Translations under genes and position numbers: made by a program
The notes under the pieces: generated by a model
Told to the model about the DNA's origin: nothing
Databases searched by the model: none
What the model saw: only the letters and a program-made list of their open reading frames with translations
In this document: positions 45,586 through 56,239 of the stretch, piece by piece
Numbering within the stretch: the first letter of the stretch is position 1
Layout of the letters: each line of letters begins with the position of its first letter
Assembly: GCA_030372965.1 (NCBI GenBank)
Contig: JAUCQC010000275.1
Span: forward strand, 1-60,984
Direction of reading: 5' to 3'
Length of the DNA: 60,984 nucleotides
Source: a bacterium
GTDB lineage: Bacteria > Zhuqueibacterota > QNDG01 > DTFT01

Positions 45586-48500
45586 ATGATAACGAGTACT
45601 GGTTTTATGCGGATCAAATCGTTGCTATCTTTTGCGGAAGCCATTACTATTATTTTCAGCTCTACGATGTTAAACGGCCAAGTTTCCTATTCGGTGGATT
45701 TCTCGACCTCGATGGTTATTTTTGATAAGATATCTACCGAGGATGGGAATATTTACGATAAAGTAGAATATACTACACTTTCTAGATTGGACGAATTGGG
45801 AAAGCCGCTTCTACCCGTAAAATACATAAAACTAATAGTTCCGTCAGATCAAGATGTGGATTCGATCGTATTGAGACATATAAAAAAGGAGGAAATGCCG
45901 GGATCATTTTTCGTGCTTCCAGTTCAACGACCAATTCCTACTTCCATTGATCCACCAAAACAACCATTTATAAAACCCGATCCGGAAGTGTACGATTCTG
46001 ACACGCCCTACCCAAAAGAAATTGCTGCGGTTTCAAATGATGGATTTTTCGATGGCTTAAATCACATTATCACAGTAGCAATTTATCCGATCCAGTACCT
46101 GCCCAAATCGGGCCGATTGACATTTCATTCATTAATTGATTTTGAAATAAAAATGAAACCAAGTGATAAAGTCAGAATGTATAAAGGCATGAGAACTCCT
46201 GAAAATCAGGGTATTTATAATGCAATTTTGAATAAAATTGTGGACAATCCACAAGATATCCCTATTTATCAGAGAAAAGCATCACTTGGCAAGTCAGAAT
46301 CGGTTCAAATTAATCCATTGCCTTCTTACGAGTATGTTATAATAACCAATAACTCTTTGAAGAATTATCTTAATCCGTTTATAAGCTGGAAAAGAAGAAA
46401 AGGTTTGAATATTGGCATTGTAACAATGGAAGAAATCAATGCAAATTATACAACTGATCTTATCTCGGGTATTATCGATCAGGCCGGTGCATTACGGCAA
46501 TACCTCTCAGATTCATATCCCACGACTATGTGGGCACTTTTAGTGGGTGATCACACAATAGTGCCAGTTCGATATGGTGCAGGATTTACAAACTGTAGTT
46601 GGCTTTATTATAGCGAAGATAAAATACCTGCTGATTTATATTATTCTGATTTTAACGGAGATTGGGATGTTGATTCAGAAACACCAAAGAGATATGGTGA
46701 GCCAAGTGGTACGTATGGAGATAGTCCAGATTACAACCCCGAGATCTTCGTTGGTCGTGTATCTTCAACTAACAGCACGGATGTTAATAATTGGATTTAT
46801 AGAATATTAAAATACGAACTTAATCCCGGCAGCGGCAAGGATGCTTACTTACAAAAAGCATTCTGGGTCAGTGCGGACCAAATGATTGATCAACCTGATT
46901 TGGTGAGCTCGTGGTATCCATCCTCTTTTAGTGGCAATCATGAAATGTATAAGGCGAATCATCCAGGAAACGAGGTTGTCCAGGAAATGTCCAATAAATA
47001 TGGTCTTTTGAATTGGTACTGCCATGGGAATGTAAATTCATTTTCTGTATATTCAATAGATCCATCCAGACGGTTTGTTTGGACAACCGACAACAGTTCC
47101 TATTATAATGTATCCGATAATTTAGTAACCAGCGGTATTTCGGGAGACGGTTTGGATAATATGACAAATTTAGATTTCCCCTCTGCGGTTTACTCGATCT
47201 GTTGTTTGACTTGTGCATTCGATGATTTTTGTACGACATCCAGACCCGACACAATACCCGGTCTTTTGAATACTTACCCAATCGGCCAGCGAAGTATGGC
47301 CGAAGGTTTTAATGTGGTCAAAAATCAGCTAGTCAACGGTCCTATTAAATTAGGCAATACAAGAAATGGATGGGTTGATTATTCCTACTTATTACATCAA
47401 CAATTCTGTAATCTTTGGCGGAATGGAACAACCGATACGGAAAGTGGCCAGACATCATATCATGTAGGTGTAGCTGAAGCTATTTCGAAATTGAACTATA
47501 CAAGTGGAATGAATCATTATCTTCGATATTCTCATAATCTTTTCGGATGTCCTGAAACTAACCTCTGGACGGATTCGTTAGCTTCATTTACAAATGTGAG
47601 TATTACCGATAATGGCACATCCATTGCTGTGAACGCGAATGTGAATGGATGCGACATCTGCGCAAGCAGTAGCAATAATGGAACCTCGTATTTTTTGGTT
47701 CAAAAGAATGTTAGCAGTTATACGTTTTCCACTGCCATTAGGCCACTATACATAACCATCACGAAACATAATTATGTACCGTATACAGCGGTTACCGGAG
47801 GTGCATTCAGCAGCAATGAATACTGGTTTGGTGACTTGTATGTGCGCGGGGATATCACCATAGGCAGTGGCTATACTCTGACCGTCATGAAAGGCTCTAA
47901 AATCACCTTTTCCACAACAGACGACCGTTCCGGCGGTGTAGATGCAACAAAATGCGAACTTATTGTAAATGGCACGTTAGATGCCGATTCCACCACATTT
48001 ATTGGGCCAACGAAAGGGAGTTGGTATGGCATTAGATACATGTCATCAAGCACAAACGGTCACCTGATAAATTGTACTATCAAGAACGCCAACTATGCTG
48101 TTTTCATTTACGACAAGAGCCCTTATATTTATCATAATTTTATCGATGATGCTGCCTCGTGTGGAATTTACATACAAGGAAGTACTGCACAGCCGCTAAT
48201 CTCTCACAATTATATTGAAGCCGATTATGCATGTGTAGCTCATTACAGCGGAGGTAATGGTTATTTTAATAACAATAGTTTCAGAAATGCAAAATATGGC
48301 ATATATATATCTTCTGGCTCACCTTCGTATGATTACTATAATACGGGAAGAAATAAGTTCGAAACGTCGGTTTATAAAGATAAAGTTCAGGTCTATTCTG
48401 GGCAGCCAATTTTTAGTCAATACCAATACTTCACAAAACCCACATCGGGATATTATTACATTCGTAACAATACCGCAAATACAATTCTAGCACGATATGA

Positions 48501-49434
48501 TTACTGGATCGATCATCCACCATCAAGTTCATATTTTTACGGGAATGTCGATAGAAGTAATGATCTTGCTTCGCCACCATCCAATCCTCCAGCTGGACCA
48601 GGCTGGACACTTCCTAAGGCTTCTGGGGATGACTTTTATATCGAGTTCGATAGGTCTAGAAAACTGTTTTATGACGAAAGATATCCAGAAGCTAGATCAC
48701 AGTTCAAGAAACTGACGGAAAAATTTTTTAATCTCGAATATTCTTCATACTCCTTGAACTGGTATATGCTTGCAACTGAACAGATTGGAGATATCAGCGG
48801 ACAAGTTGATTATTTAAATTCAATAAAGAAAGACAAATTATATCATACCAATACCAGGTTTTATGCATTAAAATGGCTTCTGCAATATGAAATGAGAAAA
48901 GGCACAATTGAGAAAGCAAAGAAACTCGCCGACGAGACGGAATCAGGCACCCTTTACGATAGGGAAATTTCCCTTGATCTCGCCATGGGGCTTTTTGAAC
49001 TAAAAAACGATAAGCAAGGCGCAGAAGCAGTCCTGAGTAAGCTCTTAGAAAAATTCAAGGATGAGAACACGATTGAGGTTGTTGGATTCATCAAGAAAAA
49101 TTTTATAAAAGATGTCGAACCGAATAAGCCTACCGAAGAAATGCTGGATGTGTCTGGAGATGGTCTATCTGTCGGTGTATTTCCTAATCCTTCCAATGGT
49201 TCTGTGAAAATTTTATATGGATTAGCACATTCCGGGTATATATCGGCTGTGATCTACAACATGATAGGCCAGAAAGTTCTGACGCTTATTGATAAGTATA
49301 TGGAAGCGGGCAAGCATGAAACGGTTTGGGATGGTAAAGATGCATCCGGCCAAGTTGTTCCAAGTGGCATGTATCTTTGCCGGTTCGAAGCAACGGGTAA
49401 GCCTAAAACGATGAAATTATTGATGATAAAATAG
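45586..49434 (+). CDS. Gingipain-like C25 cysteine peptidase: propeptide, catalytic, Ig-like, beta-helix, TPR-like and FlgD-Ig/T9SS-like domains
   Basis: 'GKPLLPV', 'YPIQY' propeptide; 'YVIIT', 'LLVGD', 'DLYYSD', 'PEIFVGR'; catalytic 'CHGN' and 'SICCLTCAFD'; tail 'FPNPSN...WDGKDASG..VPSGMY'. Confidence 0.88.
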   Translation: MITSTGFMRIKSLLSFAEAITIIFSSTMLNGQVSYSVDFSTSMVIFDKISTEDGNIYDKVEYTTLSRLDELGKPLLPVKYIKLIVPSDQDVDSIVLRHIKKEEMPGSFFVLPVQRPIPTSIDPPKQPFIKPDPEVYDSDTPYPKEIAAVSNDGFFDGLNHIITVAIYPIQYLPKSGRLTFHSLIDFEIKMKPSDKVRMYKGMRTPENQGIYNAILNKIVDNPQDIPIYQRKASLGKSESVQINPLPSYEYVIITNNSLKNYLNPFISWKRRKGLNIGIVTMEEINANYTTDLISGIIDQAGALRQYLSDSYPTTMWALLVGDHTIVPVRYGAGFTNCSWLYYSEDKIPADLYYSDFNGDWDVDSETPKRYGEPSGTYGDSPDYNPEIFVGRVSSTNSTDVNNWIYRILKYELNPGSGKDAYLQKAFWVSADQMIDQPDLVSSWYPSSFSGNHEMYKANHPGNEVVQEMSNKYGLLNWYCHGNVNSFSVYSIDPSRRFVWTTDNSSYYNVSDNLVTSGISGDGLDNMTNLDFPSAVYSICCLTCAFDDFCTTSRPDTIPGLLNTYPIGQRSMAEGFNVVKNQLVNGPIKLGNTRNGWVDYSYLLHQQFCNLWRNGTTDTESGQTSYHVGVAEAISKLNYTSGMNHYLRYSHNLFGCPETNLWTDSLASFTNVSITDNGTSIAVNANVNGCDICASSSNNGTSYFLVQKNVSSYTFSTAIRPLYITITKHNYVPYTAVTGGAFSSNEYWFGDLYVRGDITIGSGYTLTVMKGSKITFSTTDDRSGGVDATKCELIVNGTLDADSTTFIGPTKGSWYGIRYMSSSTNGHLINCTIKNANYAVFIYDKSPYIYHNFIDDAASCGIYIQGSTAQPLISHNYIEADYACVAHYSGGNGYFNNNSFRNAKYGIYISSGSPSYDYYNTGRNKFETSVYKDKVQVYSGQPIFSQYQYFTKPTSGYYYIRNNTANTILARYDYWIDHPPSSSYFYGNVDRSNDLASPPSNPPAGPGWTLPKASGDDFYIEFDRSRKLFYDERYPEARSQFKKLTEKFFNLEYSSYSLNWYMLATEQIGDISGQVDYLNSIKKDKLYHTNTRFYALKWLLQYEMRKGTIEKAKKLADETESGTLYDREISLDLAMGLFELKNDKQGAEAVLSKLLEKFKDENTIEVVGFIKKNFIKDVEPNKPTEEMLDVSGDGLSVGVFPNPSNGSVKILYGLAHSGYISAVIYNMIGQKVLTLIDKYMEAGKHETVWDGKDASGQVVPSGMYLCRFEATGKPKTMKLLMIK

Positions 49435-49716
49435 ATTGCGATGGATCAGTAAAAGGGCTTATCACGATTCAATGATTAAATGAACCTCTTAGGATAACCA
49501 CTAGCATCTGTTATCTTTGGCGGTATGATAAAATCCAATTATTCTCATCTGATGGTAGAGGTGCGGGATCAGATCAGTATCCTGAATGCACAGCCGACAA
49601 GTTCGAAGGCGGCGTATCATTATGCCGAATTCAGTCCGGTGTGTTCACGGCTGTGAGCAAGATTGTTCTGATACGCCGCGGAATCGTTCATCCTGTCTTG
49701 GTTAATAGACAACTGA

Positions 49717-52173
49717 ATGACATTCCCCATCGATCCTTGCCTCCCGGCCCTGTCCGCGGCGTTGGAAACGGATGGATGCGCGGTTCTGGCCGCTCCTCCC
49801 GGCGCGGGCAAAACCGTGCGTGTTCCGCTCGCCCTGGCCGGATCCCCCTGGCTCAGCGGGAAGAAAATCATCATGCTCGAGCCCCGCAGGCTCGCGGCCA
49901 GGCGCGCGGCCGAGTTCATGTCCGGCCTGATCGGTCGGAAAACCGGGGAAACCGTCGGCTTTCGGATTCGCGGACAGAGCGCGGTCGGAAAAGACACGGC
50001 CGTCGAGGTCGTCACCGAGGGCATTCTCACCCGCATGCTGCACGACAGGCCGGGCCTGGAGGACGTCGGCCTGCTCATATTCGACGAATTCCACGAGCGC
50101 AGTCTGCACGCGGACCTCGGGCTGGCGTTCTCGCTCGACAGCAGGCGCCACCTGAGGCCGGATCTGCGCATACTGGTCATGTCCGCCACTCTGGACTGTT
50201 CGGCTGTTTCAAATCTTCTGGGAAAAGCGCCGGTCATCATCGGGGAAACGCCATCCTTTCCTGTGGAAACCCGCTACAGTCAATTTCAGGCGGAAAAACC
50301 CCTTCCGGTTCGCGTGGCGGAAGCGGTGCGGCGGAGCCTGGCGCTTTCGGACGGTGACGTCCTGGTGTTTCTCCCGGGTATGCGGGAAATGCGGGCCGTG
50401 GAAAATCTTCTCGCGGAGAAGCCGGAACCTGGCGTGGCCGTGCGCCTTCTGCACGGCGATCTTCCCCCAGCGGTGCAGGAAGCCGTGTTCGCGGCCGCGG
50501 CGCAAGGGACCCGGAAGGTGATTCTCTCCACCAGTATCGCGGAAACCAGCCTGACCATAGACGGCATACGCGTGGTTGTGGATTCCGGTCTGAGCCGCGA
50601 GTCGCGTTTCGACCCGAGACGCGGCATGTCCGGCCTGGTCACCGTGCCTGTGTCCAGGGCAGTCGCGGACCAGCGCAGGGGACGCGCGGGCCGCACGGCC
50701 CCGGGGCTCTGCCTGAGGCTGTGGACCGAGGCGGAACACGACCGCCTTCCGGAAAGACCGCTTCCGGAAATACAGACCGCGGACCTTTCGCATCTGGCCC
50801 TGGATCTTGCGGTGTGGGGCGAGCCCTTTGGCGGCAACCTGTCCTTCCTCGATCCGCCCGATCCGGGCCGACTCGGCCAGGCCAGGGACCTGCTGATCGG
50901 TCTGGGCGGCCTGAAACCGGACGGTTCCCTGGGTCCGCACGGCAGAGCCATGGCCGCGCTTCCCATTCATCCGCGTTTCAGCCACATGATTCTCAGGGCG
51001 GCCGAAAGGGGATGGGGTTGCGCGGCGTGCGAATTGGCCGCTCTGCTGGACGCGGGGGATAAAGCGGCCGGCGGAAAAAAGAACGATCCGGACATCCGTT
51101 CCGGTATGGATAGCCTGAAATCCGGCCGCGGACCGTCCGTTGAAAGGATTCTGGCCCAGAAACAGCGGCTTATGGAAAACGCGGGTGTTACCGGAAGGGA
51201 CAAAAGCGAAGCTTCGATCGGCCTGCTTCTGGCCTGGGCTTATCCGGACCGCATCGGCCGCAGGCTCGCGGATCGTCCCGGCGTTTATCAACTCGCTGCC
51301 GGATTTCCGGCTTCCCTGCCGCCGGGCCCCCTGTCGGCCGGGGAGTTCATCGCTGTCGCGGAAGCGGATGCGGGCGGTTCAAACGCAAGAATTTATCAGG
51401 CCGCCGCGCTGTCGCGGAAGGAATTCGAGGATGAATTCGGAGACCGCATCACCGCGACCGAATCCGTGGAATGGGATGACCGGGCGGCGAGGGTGCTTTC
51501 ACGGAGACAGCGCTGGTTCGACAGATTACTGGTGGACGAAGCGGAAATACCGGGGAATCCGGATAAGGTCGGCCTTGCCCTGTTGAACGGCATCCGGCGG
51601 CTGGGCCTTCATGTTCTGCCGTGGGATTCGGAGGCGGAGCGTTTCAGGAACCGGGTAGCCTGGGCCGGGAGCGTTCTGCCGGACATGCCGGATTTCTCGG
51701 ATCCGGCCCTGCTGGAGAATTTGGAAACCTGGCTTCTGCCGCATCTCAGCGGCCTGTCGCGTATCGACCAGCTGAACCGTCTCGATCTCGCGGAAATTCT
51801 CAAAGCGGGACTGAGTTATGAACAGCGCCGCAGCCTCGACCGCGTGGCTCCTTCCCACATCCAGGTGCCGAGCGGATCGCGGATCGCGATCGATTACGGT
51901 TCCCCGTCCGGCCCGGTGCTGGCCGTCCGGCTGCAGGAGATGTTCGGACTGGCGGACACGCCCCGCGTCGCGGACGGCCGCGTTCCTCTCACCCTCCACC
52001 TGCTTTCCCCGGCATCCAGACCCCTGGCCGTGACCGCCGACCTTTCGAGTTTCTGGAAGAACACCTACGCTTCCATTCGCAGGCAGATGCAGGCGCGGTA
52101 CCCGCGGCACCACTGGTCCGAGGATCCCATGGCCGCGGCGCCGACGAGGCGGGTGAAGAGCCGAAGGTCATAA
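49717..52173 (+). CDS. hrpB: ATP-dependent RNA helicase HrpB (the ORF track labels it '-', but it is on +)
   Basis: Plus strand from 49717 reads ATG ACA TTC CCC ATC GAT = MTFPID, with stop TAA at 52171-52173. Motifs APPGAGKT, DEFHERS, SAT, STSIAETSLTIDG, QRRGRAGR and HrpB C-terminus 'RLQEMFG...RYPRHHWSEDP'. Confidence 0.95.
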   Translation: MTFPIDPCLPALSAALETDGCAVLAAPPGAGKTVRVPLALAGSPWLSGKKIIMLEPRRLAARRAAEFMSGLIGRKTGETVGFRIRGQSAVGKDTAVEVVTEGILTRMLHDRPGLEDVGLLIFDEFHERSLHADLGLAFSLDSRRHLRPDLRILVMSATLDCSAVSNLLGKAPVIIGETPSFPVETRYSQFQAEKPLPVRVAEAVRRSLALSDGDVLVFLPGMREMRAVENLLAEKPEPGVAVRLLHGDLPPAVQEAVFAAAAQGTRKVILSTSIAETSLTIDGIRVVVDSGLSRESRFDPRRGMSGLVTVPVSRAVADQRRGRAGRTAPGLCLRLWTEAEHDRLPERPLPEIQTADLSHLALDLAVWGEPFGGNLSFLDPPDPGRLGQARDLLIGLGGLKPDGSLGPHGRAMAALPIHPRFSHMILRAAERGWGCAACELAALLDAGDKAAGGKKNDPDIRSGMDSLKSGRGPSVERILAQKQRLMENAGVTGRDKSEASIGLLLAWAYPDRIGRRLADRPGVYQLAAGFPASLPPGPLSAGEFIAVAEADAGGSNARIYQAAALSRKEFEDEFGDRITATESVEWDDRAARVLSRRQRWFDRLLVDEAEIPGNPDKVGLALLNGIRRLGLHVLPWDSEAERFRNRVAWAGSVLPDMPDFSDPALLENLETWLLPHLSGLSRIDQLNRLDLAEILKAGLSYEQRRSLDRVAPSHIQVPSGSRIAIDYGSPSGPVLAVRLQEMFGLADTPRVADGRVPLTLHLLSPASRPLAVTADLSSFWKNTYASIRRQMQARYPRHHWSEDPMAAAPTRRVKSRRS

Positions 52174-52206
52174 ATGTGCGACGCACCTGACAGGCGCGTC
52201 GCACAT
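52174..52206. repeat. REP-like palindrome, family A copy 2
   Basis: atgtgcgacgcacctg-a-caggcgcgtcgcacat, starting at the first base after the hrpB stop. Confidence 0.8.
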
Positions 52207-52243
52207 GATCGAACCTCCGTGAAAAGGGCTAATAAAATGAAAA

Positions 52244-52272
52244 ACCTGAACGGTCCGACAGACTGTTCAGGT
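52244..52272. repeat. REP-like palindrome, family B copy 2
   Basis: ACCTGAACGGTC-cgaca-GACTGTTCAGGT (one G.T pair). Confidence 0.55.
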
Positions 52273-52329
52273 CTCAGCTCCTCCGGGCTGCCCGTAGCCT
52301 CCGTGAGGATGTCCGCCTTCGGCAGGCGC

Positions 52330-53157
52330 CTAAAACATCACCGCCAATCCCCACATGTGATACACGTCCGTTCCTTTCGGAAGCTCCAGATATTTGTAAC
52401 GGTACGACAAGGCGAAACGCCGCGTCAGAGCGAGGTTGGCCATGGCGGAGACGGAGAGATAGTCCGAGTCCCCGTTGAACGCGCCGTAGACTTTCCCGTC
52501 CAGCTCCACCAGATGGAACAGGTGACCGCTCAGGTTCAGACCCGCCAGGCCGTAAACGTCGTCCTGGTCGATGCTCTCCGAGACCCGGGTGAGAGGCGCG
52601 GGTCCGGGCGGGTCCACAGCCAGCTTCAGATCGCCCCGCACGCCCTGGTACTGTACGCCCCCCCAGGGCATCACCCCGATCACCAGCGGTTTCGGCCGGA
52701 ATTCGAACCTGTACCCGAAGCGGCCGTACGGGATGAACAGGGTGTTGATGAGGGTGAAGCCACTCAATGCCGGCATGATCTGCGGCGCGATCCGAGGCCC
52801 GGCGTCCATGTCGATACGCAGAGCCTCGACGCCGCCGCCCGCCACCCATTTGCCCCCGGTTCCCGCGCCGAAATAGCGGTCGAGGATGAAATGCCCACCC
52901 CAGAGCGTGCTGTGATTGACATCGGACGATTGGTACACGAAGGCGTTCCACTGGTACCGATTCGGGTCCGCCCATTGGACGAACAGGCCCTTCAGAAACC
53001 CGGTGTCCTCCAGGTCCATGCCCCGGGCCTCGTTCCGGTACGCGTCCGTGACGGTTCCGGCATAGGGGCAGACCAGCCGGATGGTCCGGGCCTGAAGGCA
53101 CTGGGCAGCGGACAGAACAAGCGCAAGTGCGGTTCCAAACACGCGGTTTGATCTCAT
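52330..53157 (-). CDS. Hypothetical outer-membrane beta-barrel protein
   Basis: Signal peptide (MRSNRVFGTALALVLSAAQCLQA), alternating amphipathic strands, C-terminal 'WGLAVMF'. Confidence 0.6.
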   Translation of the reverse strand: MRSNRVFGTALALVLSAAQCLQARTIRLVCPYAGTVTDAYRNEARGMDLEDTGFLKGLFVQWADPNRYQWNAFVYQSSDVNHSTLWGGHFILDRYFGAGTGGKWVAGGGVEALRIDMDAGPRIAPQIMPALSGFTLINTLFIPYGRFGYRFEFRPKPLVIGVMPWGGVQYQGVRGDLKLAVDPPGPAPLTRVSESIDQDDVYGLAGLNLSGHLFHLVELDGKVYGAFNGDSDYLSVSAMANLALTRRFALSYRYKYLELPKGTDVYHMWGLAVMF

Positions 53158-53439
53158 CCATCCTCCATTTCGATGGATTGCTCCTGTGAGTTCGATTCCC
53201 GGACAGGATGCGGTTCGGGTTCGGGGTTCCACCGGTCTACCGATTGATGGAGAGCGTGAATTCGAACGGATAAATTAGCGATTATCGACATCAATGTCAA
53301 CGGAAAGCCTTCAGCCGGCCGATGCTCATCCTTACGCGTGAAGGTTCGCGCGGGAAAAAACCCCTCCCGGGTATCCTGCCGAAAGGATGGCAGGACAGGA
53401 GCGCGACCGGAGCTGAAAAAGCCGCCCGTCCGCATCATG

Positions 53440-53471
53440 AAAATCGCCCCGGGCTTTCGGCCCGGGGCGAT
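53440..53471 (-). terminator. Intrinsic terminator downstream of the xylanase gene
   Basis: Perfect 12-bp stem ATCGCCCCGGGC/GCCCGGGGCGAT, followed by TTT on the minus strand. Confidence 0.6.
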
Positions 53472-53561
53472 CCTGCCGCGATGCGCCATGCGGGTCGGGC
53501 CAGATGCTGTCCGGATTGATATCCGGACAGCATCCGTATCCCGCCTGCTTTGAATACGCGG

Positions 53562-55238
<1,677 letters not shown>

Positions 55239-55515
55239 TCAGGCAATGGAGGATGAAAATCTGGGGATGTCGATATGCTTCTGCGCCGAGAAACCGGTCC
55301 GCAAATAAAGTGGCTCGCATGGACGCCATCCTTTCGCTGCACCGTGAGACACGACAGGCGCTTCAACCCGGATGGTCACGGACAAATGATCGCGTCGGAC
55401 TGGATAAGTCCGACGGGCGATCACTCATCGGTTGTGTTGCGAGTGATCTCTATCTTCTCAGAAGTGGTTCGAACGAACCGTAATTGTTTTACGAAATTCC
55501 GCAAGACGAGGATGA

Positions 55516-55527
55516 GTGAACGTTCAC
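55516..55527. promoter_or_regulatory. Candidate LacI-type operator upstream of the xylanase
   Basis: Perfect palindrome GTGAACGTTCAC with a central CG. Confidence 0.3.
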
Positions 55528-55804
55528 GCAAAATATGGAACCAATACTTATCTGTCAAGAAAAACGATACATCTTCTTGATTTTATTTAAATTAACCTAT
55601 AAGGTAGGAATGCCGTTCCAATAGTTAAAATATAGACAGAATTACAGTCATTGTCAACGGTATTCGGTCAATGATGAGTGAACATTCCGCGGTGCCGTCA
55701 GTGGATCAGTTCGGAGCGCGGACCGCATACTCCATCATCAGACATCAATCCGCCATCAGGCCGCTGGATTCCCGACAGCCGCTGAGACAAATCCATCGGT
55801 CCGC

Positions 55805-56164
55805 TCATTGCGCCAGCCACTCCTTCGCCTCGTCCAGGGTGTCGAACGGCTTGATGTCCTGTCCGGTAAAGGCGATCACCGCTCTCAGCAGTATCTTTTT
55901 ATATCCCGGGACGCCCACCACGGCCATTTTTTTGATATACGGTTTCGTCCGTACGGCCGCATTCTTGAGATATTCCACAATCTCCTGAGTGCCCATCGTG
56001 TCCGTGACATTGACCAGAGAAAGGACGGAATAGGGCGGTTCCTTGAGGGTTTCCCCGCTGGCGTATTCCACTTCCGCCTTGAGTGCTTCCAGATCCGAAT
56101 GGAATCCGGAATAATCCGCGTATTGAATCCGAGCGCCGTTGTGCTTCAGCCACGTGGATTTCAT
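55805..56164 (-). CDS. SpoIIAA-like / STAS-SEC14 small protein
   Basis: 'LSLVNVTD', 'KKMAVVG', 'FDTLDEAKEWL' pattern. Confidence 0.65.
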   Translation of the reverse strand: MKSTWLKHNGARIQYADYSGFHSDLEALKAEVEYASGETLKEPPYSVLSLVNVTDTMGTQEIVEYLKNAAVRTKPYIKKMAVVGVPGYKKILLRAVIAFTGQDIKPFDTLDEAKEWLAQ

Positions 56165-56239
56165 CGTCCCTCCTAAGAGTGGTCCGGAATTATGCTCCGG
56201 GAGGTTCGCAACCTCCGGAGCGTGATATCGCTGATGCGG

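Larger units (their letters stand above)
43230..49600. other. Low-GC, probably horizontally acquired segment
   Basis: Hand counts on 60-nt lines: 27% (43861), 43% (46501), 35% (47101) GC versus 72% (30721) and 70% (50701) in the flanks. Edges approximate. Confidence 0.85.

Noticed and set aside
49498-49657. Short frame '...NYSHLMVEVRDQISILNAQ...' at the right island edge resembling a tyrosine-recombinase tail
   Set aside because: Only the YSHL tetrapeptide fits; there is no upstream H-x-x-R or H/W motif and a stop lies just upstream. Too weak to call.
49717-52173. ORF-track strand label '-' for the 818-aa helicase
   Set aside because: Direct reading shows the ATG at 49717 and TAA at 52171-52173 on the plus strand.
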